A stretch of DNA of 64,000 nucleotides from the human T2T-CHM13v2.0 reference genome, Homo sapiens: the NCBI RefSeq assembly GCF_009914755.1, contig NC_060930.1. One strand, given 5' to 3'. The notes below the pieces were generated by a model. That model was not told the origin of the DNA, searched no databases, and saw only the letters and a list, made by a program, of their open reading frames with translations. The stretch's first letter is position 1. Every line of letters starts with the position of its first letter. Both the position numbers and the translations under genes were made by a program. Positions 28,273 to 44,578 of this stretch are shown here, in pieces.

Positions 28273-30004
28273 GAAGCTAAAATTGTTTTGTAAAAATTCT
28301 ATATCCATATGTAATTTACAGGCAAGTCTTGTTAAGTGAGTCAAATTAGATTAGATAAAAATCTAAACTTTTAAAGGGGACTTTTCCTTCAGAAAATAGA
28401 TCACCGCAGGGCATATTTAAAACAAAGCCCTTAGATTATCTAAATAAGTTAATACCCACATGGCATTCATAAAGCACTTAATGCAGTACCTAGCACATAG
28501 AACTCCTCAAATGTTTCCCATTATTATTATTATTCGTAGATTTAAAATGAATATTTACAGAGCAAAAAGCAATTGGGAACCATTCACAAAAAAGTCAATA
28601 AAGCATTAAGAGAAAATAACGATTCAATTATGTCAGACAATAGAAAGTGCTGAGTTACACTTAAATTAACTAGGCATGCTAATGCTGTGTTCCAAGGGAT
28701 CATAGGAATAGAAACAACCAGAAAGATCCACCAGAAAGAACTGTTCCAAAAGAAATTCCATTTTCTCCTAAAAGACCATTCCAAAGAAAGACCATGATTT
28801 AATCTACCTAAAGACCTTCAGAGAATCCAATATTTCACCTTTCTTTATTAGTATCCTTTCTTCTGAGTAATTTTCAAGCATGGCAACAATTCTAGAAGTT
28901 AATAAATGACAATAATCACAGTGATATTATATTAGATAGTCTTGTAGTTTTCCTCAGACCATTTTTGGAAGGAAGGTATAAACAAAATAAGATAAAATGA
29001 TAAAGGTATGTTACCTACAATCCTTACTTTACTGCAGAGAAAGATATAATACTAGACGTCTTCAAGTTCAGAGGTACAATACAATGATTCAGGAAATATT
29101 TCCTTAACATTGGGTAGCCTTAAATATTGTAATGGAACAACAAGAGCACATATAAGTTTGTAATTGAATGAGAAGTTATTGCCATGTAATTGACTAACAG
29201 GTGTATGTTATGGTAATGAGTTTGAATCATATTCAGTTGAATTATAAAAGTCAGCACTAGTCTCAGAAACCAGTCTAGTGATGTTACAGTGCAGAAGACA
29301 CCTCCTTTCCTACCATACTTACATTGATACATATGGCCTCATCATATAATAATCTGTATTTAAGTAGCACTCCTATCCCCAGGTGATTTTATACATTATC
29401 TCACTTCATCCTACATGTTTCTAAAAGATTATTCAGTACACAGAGGTGGCCAAAGTTATTTCTCATTGATTCTAGTCAAGGGTAAGGTGTGACAAGGCAA
29501 GCCTTATATGACCCGAACCACTGCATGTCTTTATAATTGCAATCGTATCACCCATGGCAGTTTTGATCTTCAAAGCACTTGTGAGGCTTGACACAAAGAT
29601 TATAATTACATTTCTGGAAGTCATTACAAAATACTATGTAAATAAATAATTGCTGACTTTCAAAATGTATTTTATACAATTATCCTACTATGGAAAGAAG
29701 CACAACTCTTTATTGAGGCTGATTGTTTGGGTCAGAGTATGAGTCTCCTAGAGAGCTTACACAGGTTTTTTTTTTCACTGCAAATAACTCCTCCACTATC
29801 CCACTCATTTGAGTGAAGTAGCTTAGATTAACCTAAGTCTGTACCACTCTTTGGCATAATGAAGTAGAAGGGATTTATACCTTTCTGATGCTTTCTGGAG
29901 GTTTCTTAGAGACTTAGGATATGTTAGTTAAAGATGCACAGGTAAGATGCATCTTATTCATAGATGTTGGCTGCCTCAGTTACTCTGAAAGAGGTCACTA
30001 TAGA

Positions 30005-30363
<359 letters not shown>

Positions 30364-32047
30364 TAGGACAGAGTTAATCTTTCTGTAAGGTTATTTTTTT
30401 CTTCTGCTTAGGAAAGTAGTCTTGAATCTCTTATTTCAAAATATGTAAATATTAACACTTTTCACTTACTCAACTGCACAGGACTATTGAAGATGTCTCC
30501 AGTTTTATGACTTTCGGTGGCTAAACTATAATATTCCAAGGTCAGGAGAATAAGCATTAGTTTAATAATACAATTATTAAAAATTATTTTATCACTACTA
30601 CAAAATCTAGAAATTGCCAGTGGAAAAACCCCACCCCATTTGAGTACTCAAGGTCTGTCAGGAGGATTCAAACCCAGTAGAGTTTGAGGTTGTTCATTCT
30701 AAAATGTCCCTTATAACCCAGTCTCTATCAAGTCCACCGAGTCAAGTTCTTGAAACCAGCAGCTTCGTAATGTGCCAATTATATGTGAACATTTATTTTA
30801 GCAGAGCAGCTCTTAACTCACAGGAGGGAGGAATGCCTTAAGAAAGGTTAAAAGGAAAACTTCAGCAATTAATACTAATAAACCAGAAAGTTAAAGCAAC
30901 CATAATAAAACACTAGAGCATCTACTTTTTACTACAGAACCATTCCTTTCTTAAGAGCCACCTGTTTGGTAGACATACTCTGCCACAGCAGCCACAGGCA
31001 AATAATTAAGTTTAATAGGAGTAACTCTTATTTTGAAGAAGTTCTCCGTTTAAAGCCACAGAGTGGGGAAGTTATTAAATTTTATGGACCCTAAACAAAG
31101 GCAAGCCCTGTGTCAAAAATTGAATGTTCCGTATTCTTCATTATATCGCCACTGATTGGATGGATTACTTTTGCATTCCATAAGTTGAAATTCATCTTGC
31201 TTTCCCTAAAAATAGCCTATCTTTTGACATAGCAGATGGTGTTCTAATCTTACCTGGACCTCCGTTTACTCTAATTTTTGATTTACTCCTGCTGAGGCCC
31301 AAAGAAGTGGTTTTCATTCCTACTAGATCAGTTGGAGATAATAGTTGGTCCAGCTCACAAAGTTTACTAAGCTTGGTTGTATGATTAATTACTGTTATTT
31401 GTAGCTACACTGAGATACTAAAGCTCAGAATGAAACCTGTGTACATGGTTTGACTCTGATTTTTTACATGGTTTTTCTCAGTTGTTTTTGTGGGGATTTA
31501 TTTCTGACACATGTACAACCACCCACACATAGGGAAAAGATTTAGTAATGAAAGGAATCATGCTTTTGCAGGGATGGCAAACACATGGTTATATATTTTA
31601 TTGAGGATTTGCTGAAATCTCCTTTCCATCAAAGAAAACTTGAGTGTATGAACCTCATTTCACCCAAAGTATTAATTTTCTAACGATAGATACAGTGGCT
31701 TCTGCAGTGCACTGGGGTCTGAGAAGAGGGGGCGCAGTTTAACTTAGGACACCTGAGTTTTCATTTCATTGTCACTAAAGAGTCTTTGTATCATTCTCAG
31801 ATACAGTTAATTTATTGTGCCTCAGTGGTCCTATGTTAATGAATTACTAGAAATCGCTGAATCATATATCTCAGAGGCTCTGCAAGGAGTAAGGTGCTAT
31901 CTGTTTAGGGATTTGATGTTCTTAGGACTTTTAGTAAAGTTTGCCTTACCAGATAAATGCTAGTGGAAAAAGGAGGTCGCATAATTATCTTCTAAAGAGT
32001 AGAAATGCATGCGACATTATTACTTTTATGTATATGTCTTAAAATTA

Positions 32048-32583
32048 ATACTTTATTCTTTTGAGAGATTTTAAGTTTACAGAAAAATGGAGCAGAATGT
32101 ATAGTTTCTTATATTCTCCTCCTACCATCTCCCACTTTCTCCTGTTATTTACATCTTGCATTTGTGTGATGTTTGATGTAATTGATGAACCAATATTGAT
32201 ACATTGTTATGAAATAACGTCCATAGTTTACACAGGGCTCACTCTTTGTGTTGTGCAGTTCTATGGGTTTTATCATAATGCCATGTGTCCACCATTACAG
32301 AATCATAAGGAGTAGTTTCATTACCCTAAAAATCCCCTGTACACCACCTGTTCATCTCTCTTTCCCTTCTCTTTTCCTGAGCCCCTGGCAACCACAGATT
32401 CTTTTTTTTTAACTGTCTCTATAGTTTTGCCTTTTCCAGTGTTATATAGTTGGAATCATACAATAAGTAAGTAGCTTTTGCAGACTGGCTTCTTTCACTT
32501 GGTAATATGCATTTAAGTTCCTCCATGTCTTTTCATGGCTTATTAATGCATTTCATTCTACCCCGAATTGCATTCCATTGGAA
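32048..32583 (-). mobile_element. L1MC-like 3' fragment
   Basis: aagtttacagaaaaatggagcagaa...gatgaaccaatattgatacattg...gcccctggcaaccac...gactggcttctttcactt. Confidence 0.8.
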
Positions 32584-32592
32584 GGATGCTAT

Positions 32593-33034
<442 letters not shown>

Positions 33035-33337
33035 TGACTTTGTCAGTGGTCGTTCCTATTAGAAAGCATTTCACACATTTCTTCCTGGAGAAGCATGTTT
33101 TCTATCATAGCAATTGTCACCAAATGGTTTTCTGTATCTTGGGTGCATTTTTAAATTAAATATTTTTTTCCTAATCTTGCCCATAGATAAATTCCTGAAC
33201 ATCTACTGTTTGGTGGTCATGCATACCAATTCAAATACGGAACATACCAAGTTAAAATAACAATACAGTTATGTGACTGCTTAGTTGTCTCCCAAAATAT
33301 TTGACTCTCCTAGGTAAAGGGGGGCCTTTTCTCTTAA

Positions 33338-33833
<496 letters not shown>

Positions 33834-36033
33834 CATATCGTCCTTTAGCATAAAAATTTAATTGCATGCCATTCTCCTTTTATAAGCTTCTTAAGGACAG
33901 TGGCTATGTTTTGCATATTCTTGAATCCTTATAACCTAGCACAGTTTTTGGCACATGGTAGGTGCTTAAGAATGTTTAATGAAACAAGTATTAGTGGGAA
34001 AGAAGATTTTAAAAAAAAGAGGAAGATAGATATGTAGGAGAAAAAAAGGAAGAAAAAAGATTTTGTTCACCTGGAACAACAAAGAAAGGGCAAAACAAGA
34101 GAAACTTTCATTGCTGATAAGGACAGGAAATAGCACAGTAAGAGTGTGCATAAGCAGTATATATTTTTATCTCCAAGTCTTTTTGCAATATGTTTCATAT
34201 TTAGAACACATATCAAGACTGTATCTGTTTCCAGAACTTGCTGCTAACAGTTAGTAACAATGCCAAAACATATTTTAGGTCCAGCTTGAAACCAAATGAT
34301 CAAATAGAATTTTTGATTTCCACTTTAGAGTCTGACATTAATTATAGCCATCATGTAATAAAGTGTCAAAGCTCTTTTCTGAGAAAATGATAGAAATTAT
34401 GTTAACTAATCTGTAAACTGAAGCACAGCTATTCCTCTACAACAAAGCAAAAGATAGGGTTTTGACAGCTATCATTTCTCATAGTCTTATCTTTTTCAGG
34501 CTGAATTTTTCCTGTATGCCCCACCTCTGCCTGTTTTTTTTGACGCTTTCTGTATAGTATGGTTGCAGGTCATCCTACTGGTCTGGTCAGTGGTCTCTGA
34601 CACAGTTCATTAGTGTCCATCTTAACGCCTCGTACCCAGAACCAAACTATTCCTCTCTTCTCAGGCTCTGGTAGTGCAGGCTTTAGTGGCCTTTGTTCTT
34701 TTGGTGACCATATTACACTGTTTTCTCTTATTTGCCACTTCTGTCAATCTGCATTTCTCCAATTATTTACTTTTAGAGCTGTTTTTTTGTAGATCCAAAT
34801 ATGATACTTTACAGTTATCCCTGTTAGGTTTTACCTTATTTAATTCAGGTAATAATTTCTGCCTGTCTAGAACATTTTAGATTTTAATAATGTCATCTAA
34901 TACATTAGTAGTCCCTGGCATTCCTTCCTGTTTGGAATGCTTTTCTTTCATTCATTTCAGTCATTTCAAGTCAGCTCAACAAATATTTGGCATGTACTTA
35001 AAATGTGCTTATGCAGGTGAGAAGTAAAAAAAGAAATAGAAGATATAGTCTCTGCCTTCAAGAAGCTTTCAGTCTCATTTAGGATACAACATAAAGCAAA
35101 TGTGATGGTTACATTATAGTACTAGCCCATGTAGATGCCAAAAACATGCAAAGAATGCTCAGGATTTTAGGAAAGGAGATCTCTTTTGTTCCTTTGCTCT
35201 ATTATAATAATTCACATCCGTAACCAACTTAAAGCCATCTGCATTAGGAAATTAAAAAAAAACAACAATCCCATTCAGCTCAGATTATACTTTCACTCCG
35301 AATTGCTTCAACAATTACGTTTTCAACTTTTAAAAATTACGTATGTTTGATGTGTGTGGCTTCATGTTTCTTAAGATGTGACAAGGATATGGAGGATCTT
35401 GTCTTTTCCCAGCTAGACTGAAAGCTCCCCTAAGTCAGGGGCCTAGTCTTCTAATCCTTTGCTATCTCTCCAGAGCTCCTGCTAGATTGAAGACTCCCAT
35501 TGGCCCAGGGCCTGGCCTTCTAATCCCTTTCTATCTCTAACTCCTACTCCGATGCTCAGCATGCATAATGTCGTGGGAAGTACTAGCATTCAGTAGAAAA
35601 GTCTACCCAGGAATCAGTGCTGCATGCTTCAGGGTTCTTATGCTGTGACTATTATTAGAAATTGGCTAATAGATCTAGAAGTAAGATTCTATAGGAGACT
35701 AAGACAATTTCTGTTTACCTTTATTTCATATTTCGTAAATGCATGTATGGTCTCACTATGCAATATGTTACGGAATATGCCAGCAACTCTGACAAAATCA
35801 AACAACGTTGTTGCTCTGCTTCAGCATATACATCCCCATATGCATGAATCCACCTACTCATTATATTGATAATGAATATACATATAAATAGTCTTGACAG
35901 GTCTATTATTTGTGATATTAATAAATATTAGCCAAGTTCATACTTTTTTCAGGAAAAATAGGATCACTGACATCCCTATGTCTTAATATTATTTGATTAC
36001 TTCATTAAGCATTGATTTCTCAGGAAACATTAA

Positions 36034-36388
<355 letters not shown>

Positions 36389-36471
36389 TGCATGATTATT
36401 TTAAATTAGCTCTTAGGTTTGTTAACATGCAGAAATAGTTATAAGGGGAAATCTTAGAAAATAGATAACTA

Positions 36472-36787
<316 letters not shown>

Positions 36788-37648
36788 CTAAACAAGTAAA
36801 AAGCTTTTTTCTAATTAAAATATCTTATATGATAAAATGCAAATGACAGAACTTTAATTTGAATTGTTCAAAGTCATTTGTGGACAACACTTTGTTTCAA
36901 ATAGTTCAGTCATTTTCAGACTTCTTTTTTGTTTTCCTGAAATGCAAACAGGAAGGCGTATTTTCTGGAACTGGGTCAGAATTTAAGTAACTTGGTCTGA
37001 GGCAAATCTAGGACCCCATTTGACTATACTGCCTAAATTTTTTTATATGACTCAATAAATTAATGAATTTCAAATCCATGAAAGTAATGTAAATAAAAAT
37101 AAAATGCTGCACAGGCAACATTGTTCCTAAATATCTCAGAGGATTTTTTTTTAAGTAGAAACATGTCATGTATTTTCCAGAGAGACTGTGACCTTAAGTG
37201 ATCAACCCATAACTATGCAGCGAAGCATGGGAGACTAGGAGGAGCCCTGTGCTTTTGTATCTAAAGCTTATCGCCATCTCGCGCTGTACCCAAAACGGTC
37301 ACCGTTCCAGCTCTCTGTGGTAATTAGTAACAATGCTATAGTTGATGGAATAAAAATAACACATATAATGATGGTTACAAACACACCCTGACCTGTGCCA
37401 AGGAGAGCAGTGATTCATGAAAAATCAATAAATAAACCCATTGATGTGGTCACAATAAATCCGTACATAATTAAGAAGAACCTTTTCTAAATAAAAACTA
37501 CAAAGGAAATAAAAACAGGTTTGGAAAAGAGGAAAAAGTCTGATAATAGCGTTATGGTACTCATCATTAAAGAAAACAAACTTGTAAGCTCCCAAACTAC
37601 ACCTTAGGAAAACAGTACATTCTCAGTGTGGCTTAAAGATATGGTAGA

Positions 37649-37951
<303 letters not shown>

Positions 37952-38511
37952 CTAAAAGATTCCAAAAAGGAAAGAGTTTGGCCCTCAGAGCAGTTAACAA
38001 AGAAAGTTAAAGTTGTTCTCTAACCTTAGAAATTGGCAGGTGCCACAGATACTCTTTGAAGGGTTAATAAAACCTCACATAACCTCTTTAATCCAGTAGG
38101 TGGTTGAAACTTTTGAATTGGGTCTTGCCTCCCAAAGAAGAATTGAGTTCAACACTGATAAAACAGCAGTTGCTCAATAAAATTGTGCTGAATTGATTTG
38201 GTTTATCAGGAAAACATTTCTTCCATGACTCAAGCATGTAGAGTGGTAATTAAACATTCATAGCATCGTTGACAGTGTATTGGAAATAGGAGTTGGCTGG
38301 GAATTGAGGAGCCTCTCTTTTGAATTTCAGATGTGCCTCTGAGTTCTTGAGCAGGTCACTAACTTCTGTAGGTCTTAGTTTCTTTAAGCGTGAACTGAGT
38401 TAATTGGGCTAGTTTTTCCCCAAGGTATATCATAAAGTTTTTGATGTCTGTGATTCTAAATTAAGGCCTGAAAGGGCAGGTTTTCTTACAGGAGAGATTT
38501 AGTAATCATCA

Positions 38512-38836
<325 letters not shown>

Positions 38837-39454
38837 TCAATAATAACACTAAAGGCTAATATAGCATTTAATCGAAGAACTAAATTAACAGGAGCAACTA
38901 TGATAGATGTCAGGAAAGGTTTTGTTTTGTATTTCAGTTAAGAGATTCTGATGAGAAGCAACCTAAGATCAGGTTATTTAATACCAAAAAACTGTACATT
39001 TAGATCTTGATACCTGACCACAGCTGAACCTGTCTTTAAGGTGAAGCCTTATATATGTGCATGTGTGTCAGAATCCATAGACAATTTTTGAAATCCCAGA
39101 TTTAATGTAAAATTAAGGAATTTTATTGACATCTCTCATACCCTTGCATGGTTTTATGTAATTTATTTGTTAACCCTCTTTACATGAGAATGGTACATTT
39201 GTAAGTGATAATTTATCTTACTGGAGAAATGAGAACCTTATAAGCTAAGAGTTATTAAAACAGACGAATTCTGTTAATAACAGAATAAATGTGATCACAG
39301 GACCAGGCTTTCTATATTAAAGAAATTAGATCTATTTAAAGAAAATATGATTTGAATCATAACGAGATTTCTCTTAATGAAACATTACTGTCATAGTGTT
39401 TTATGACTGCATGATAAAAATATTTAACACAAGTTATTGCCAACATTAAAGTTA

Positions 39455-40330
39455 CTCATTTATTGAGCACCGTTCTGCCCACTGGAGATACTCTGATGAT
39501 CAAGACAGAAAGGCTCTTGGAACTTTTTCTATTGGCATATGGCATAATAATTAAACAGTCTTTAGAGCCAGGTCTAAATTCAGGCTTCTTTACTCACTAG
39601 CTTTGTGCCTGTGGGGAGGTAACTTAGCTTGTTTGTACCTCAATTTCCGCATCAGTTAAATGACCATATAATCTAATAATAATAATACCTGCTTTAATAG
39701 GTTGTTATGGGGACTAAAGGATAGTTAATATATGTAAAGCCCTTAGAATAATGCCTGATGCTCAATAAATGTTAGCTATTACTACCAAAGGGTGGGCAAT
39801 TGAAAATAATAAAATATTATCTAGGGATATGTACTATGAAAGAAGTAAAATAGAGTGATGTGATGAGGAGTCAATATTGAAGCTGAGATCTAATTAACAA
39901 AAAAGAGTTAGCCCTGTCAAGATCAGGAGGAAGGGAGGGCATTCTAGGCAGTGGGAAAATCGAGTGCAAGGGCCCAGAGGTGGGAAGACTGTGGGGTGTT
40001 TGAGAAGAATGCTCAGTGGCTGGAGTGTGTAGATGACATGAAGTTAGAGAGATAGGCTGGGTCCAAGTTATGCAGGGCCACTACAGGTCAAGATCAGAGG
40101 TTTAGATTTGCTGTTATGTGCAGTGTTAAGCCATTTGGCAGATTTTAAGCAGGGTCTTGATATACACTGATTTATATTTTTCAAAGCTCACTCTGGCGGT
40201 TGGGTGGAGAATTGTAACAGGGGTAGGGAGGAGGTTAGGAGGCTTGGCAGTCACCCTAGTGAGAGGACAGTGGCTTGGGCTTCCCTGGAAATGGTGGGGA
40301 TAGAGACACTGGAGTAGAGAGAGAATTTTG
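39455..40330 (-). mobile_element. L2 fragment interrupted by a + strand MIR (~39545-39785)
   Basis: catttattgagcacc start, then purine-rich L2 body. Internal MIR reads cctcaatttccgcatcagttaaatg...aaagcccttagaata. Confidence 0.65.
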
Positions 40331-40705
40331 CTGGTATCATCAAAATGCTTTAGTAATGTTTTCTCCCAATTGTTAGTTTACTTTAAAAGGAATAATATTG
40401 CATCTTTTACAAGTTTAATTAATGTTTAGACACTATTATACACCCTAAGTGAAGTGGTAATTCAGGAGTTACTTGATTTATTAAACAAATACAGAACTAT
40501 TAACCTGGAAATTTCAGGCCAGAAATCCATTTTGAGATCTGAAATGTTTTGTTTGACTGAAAATTTTTAGGTTTTTGTAATCACATTTTGTTAATCTTCT
40601 GATTTCCAATAGCTTTCCTTCCTTGGCACCATGCAAACCCAGATTTTAGTACAATGATGTACAATGATGAGATGAATTTTGGGGACTGAAAGAACATTAT
40701 ATGTT

Positions 40706-41075
40706 TGTATTAGTCTGTTCTCATGCTGCTAATAAAGACATACCCAAGAACTGAGTAATTTATAAAGAAAGATGGGTTTAATGGACTCACAGTTCCACAT
40801 GGTTGGGGAAGCCTCAATCATGGCAAAACGCGAAAGAGGAGAAAGGCACATCTTACATGGTGGCAGGCAAGAGAATGTGTACAGGGGGCAGGGGAACTCC
40901 TCTTTTTAAAACCATCAGATCTCATGAGACTTATTCACTATCACGAGAACAGTATGGAAGAGACCCACCCCCATGATTCAGTTACCTCCCACCAGGTCCC
41001 TCCCATGGCACATGGGGATTATGAAAGCTATAATGCAAGATGAAATTTGGATGGGGACACAGCCAAACCATATCA
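40706..41075 (-). mobile_element. THE1 (MaLR) solo LTR
   Basis: TG...CA termini: tgtattagtctgttctcatgctgctaataaagacataccc...ggggacacagccaaaccatatca. Confidence 0.92.
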
Positions 41076-41156
41076 ACATTCTTCTCATTCTCAAAATGTA
41101 TCTTCTGTATCTTTCATACACACCAGTTCCTTCTACTGCTTCTAAAATGCACTTTA

Positions 41157-41471
<315 letters not shown>

Positions 41472-42317
41472 TCATGCATGCAGGTGTGACCAGGCTGGCT
41501 TTGCAGGCAATCATTAGATGATCACACTGGGCAGTGCGTGGCAACAGCTCTGAAGTGAAGAAACACTTAGGCAAGGGGCTATCAGTTCCTTCAGGCTGGC
41601 GAGCTAATATCCAGCAGTCAAGAAAAGTCAGTCCAGGTGAGAAACCAGCACTTGTCCTCCCTGTGGAGTCAGTACCCAAACAGCTTCTTCAGAGGACTGA
41701 GAAATTGGGGCTTATCTTAAATAGCAAGGAACTTGAATTGATAAGGGATGAGGAACATGTTCTAAGCAGAATCTCATAACCACAAGCCAAGCTTATAGGA
41801 GAAAGCTTTAAACAGGTAACCCTGTTGGCATCACAGTTGTAGTAAGCTATCACTCCATTCTCAGATCCTTCAACCATGCCCTAAAAGGAGATTCCTCCTC
41901 ATGAAACTCTAAATTTGGGGCTCTGGAAGTTAGCTTCAAGATCTTATGCAGATATGAACACTTTTTCTTATATTTCCTGTTTAAAATGTAATGAAGTTCC
42001 ATTTCTCCATGGACACAGCTTTCTGTTCTTTCTGGAATCCTGAAGTTCAGAGGTGTGTGTACTGAAAACTATTACAGCCATTTGTTAGTTTGTTTTAAAG
42101 GAAAGGAGAGTAGTAAAATCAGGACCTGGAGAGCACATTTCCCAGTGACCAAACCTACTCAAAATGTATTTGATGGATTTATTTTGAGTTTTGGAAGCTC
42201 AAGGACTCCATAGAAGATACAGTTCAAAGGGTGTCAGCATGGGGAATCCAGAATAATTCTCAGAGCTCCAAAAACTTCATAGATTGGAGCTTCGGATGAT
42301 GGGTTGGCTGTTTCTTT

Positions 42318-42374
42318 GGCTGTCAAACCTAGTTTTTAACCTTTCTCCCTGGTTAAAAACTAGGTTTGACAGCC
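42318..42374. repeat. Perfect 24-bp inverted repeat with a 9-nt spacer
   Basis: ggctgtcaaacctagtttttaacc / tttctccct / ggttaaaaactaggtttgacagcc. Confidence 0.97.
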
Positions 42375-42377
42375 CAT

Positions 42378-43312
42378 TGAGGGAAACGGGAAGAACAAAG
42401 AGATTGGTACAAGTACAATCTGTGAGTTAGGCTTATTGCATTCCCTTTCATTTAGAAGGGTATAGTAAAAGAGAATGGAGGTGAAAAAATGTAATGTGAA
42501 TTTTCTCACTAGAGTCAGAAGCAGCAGATAACAGATAACAGCCCCTGGAAAAAAACAGTCACTTTAAAAAGGAATAAAATTGGTAGGGTAGTTTATTGAA
42601 AAGAGGCGTGCTTTCTCCCCATGAGCCAAGAGGTCTGAATCCTGACAATACACATGTGTGTAATGAATTCCCCTCCTCTTCAGATGAGTGGCTGGACTTG
42701 CTTATACTAATGCCCTCCCCCTCCAGTCTTAAGGCATTGGTACTGATCTTTTTCACTCCAACAACACCGTGGTATAATAGTGAAAATCACCGCACAGGTG
42801 GGTTAGGAGATAGGTAACTAGGAGATAGATTAAAACTAGGGAACTGGAGATGTGGTTATCTTTCAGCCCATTTGCAGACTTTGCAAGCTAGTATTTGAGG
42901 TGTCAGCTTTGGACTTGCAAAGCCACAGCTTCTGCAGATGGCTAAGTTGCCTTCCTCCTGCACTTTACCACATTCCCTGGTACCTAAGAGAGAAAAACTA
43001 TTTCTCCAAAGTGAACCCCTCCCAGGGGTCTTCCTACCACCATTTTAATAAAAAGGTTAAATCTCAAACTGCAAATTATAGAATGTCTAGTTAGAAGTTT
43101 GAAAACAATCTTTGTAAAAGTTCATTAAAATCAAATAAGCAGTACCACTTTAGGTTATATAGAAGGCGATTTGGAGGTAAATCCCTTCAGTTATCTAAAA
43201 ATGTGGCAAGTAAGTTCCAACAAGTGTAACAAGCAGGTTAACACTGAGGGAAACGGGAAGAACAAAGAGATTGGTACAAGTACAATCTGTGAGTTAGGCT
43301 TATTGCATTCCC
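42378..43312 (+). repeat. Exact 68-bp dispersed direct repeat (42378-42445 and 43245-43312)
   Basis: tgagggaaacgggaagaacaaagagattggtacaagtacaatctgtgagttaggcttattgcattccc occurs twice. Confidence 0.97.
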
Positions 43313-44290
43313 CCACAGTATCCTATTGCATATGAAGAGGTCCATGGTCCAGTGCAGTTAGATGACAGTGGACTCTGGCAGCTTATCAAGCTGCTGTCTC
43401 CAGAGGATGCTGCTGGTCATCCAAGAGAAGTGGAAACTCGGGCATGTGCAACAGAATATGTACAGACAAACTGAGGACTCCCCCAGGAAGGAGGAGGCAT
43501 CTTAGGAGGGCACCTTGAACTCTTCTGCTCTGCTTCAGGAACTCCAGAGAGTGAGGGAATTAAAAAGGAGCAGGACTATTGGGTCCTCTGTAACAGCTCT
43601 TTTCTGATGGCGGAAAGTACTTAAAGCTCACAGATAAAGAACATCATGTTAGAACCTCAGACAAATTAAGTGCAGGGGAAGATGGGAAGAATTTTAGCAA
43701 CTAACTCCAAAGGTGAGAGTAAAAATAAATGCATAGCAAGACTTAATATTAATAATACTTAGATAGTGCTTTACATCTATAGAAAGCACTTTCATAGACA
43801 TTATTTCATTTAATCATTACAACGCATTGAAGTATCAATACTACTATACTCAGTAGTTTGCCAGCAGGAAATGAGGGCTCAGAGACATTTAGAGATTTGT
43901 TCAGGGTCATCAAGTGAAAGGGATAGAGAGTGAAAACTCAATTCCAGGTCTTTTAGCTCCACATAATATGCTTTTCCCTACTCTGCGTTGCTGTAGGAGT
44001 CTCCATATCAGAATCGGACTTTGCTACAAAGGCCTGTTGGCTATCATCCTAAGAGGAATATTTGTTATCACTGATCTTTCCAGCCCAAACCTGGATAACA
44101 CCATTAATCCTTACTAAGTAGCCAAAATTCATGGTTTGATGCAGATCAGAGAACCCAAAATAAAGTAAAATGGACCAAATCCCTAACAAGAAATAATAGT
44201 GGAAAAATCTACCTCCCAATTTTGTAAACATAAATTTTATTCTAGAAATTAAAAATGTACACATTAATGAAATCTTAAAACCTCAAAATA

Positions 44291-44578
<288 letters not shown>

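Noticed and set aside
42318-42374. Hairpin as a pre-miRNA
   Set aside because: The stem is only 24 bp with no basal extension, shorter than a canonical Drosha substrate, and there is no expression evidence.
42378-43312. 68-bp direct repeats interpreted as LTRs, CRISPR repeats or a TSD of an 800-bp element
   Set aside because: Only two copies, no TG..CA ends, too long for a TSD, and no internal retroelement features. A templated insertion explains the junctions better.
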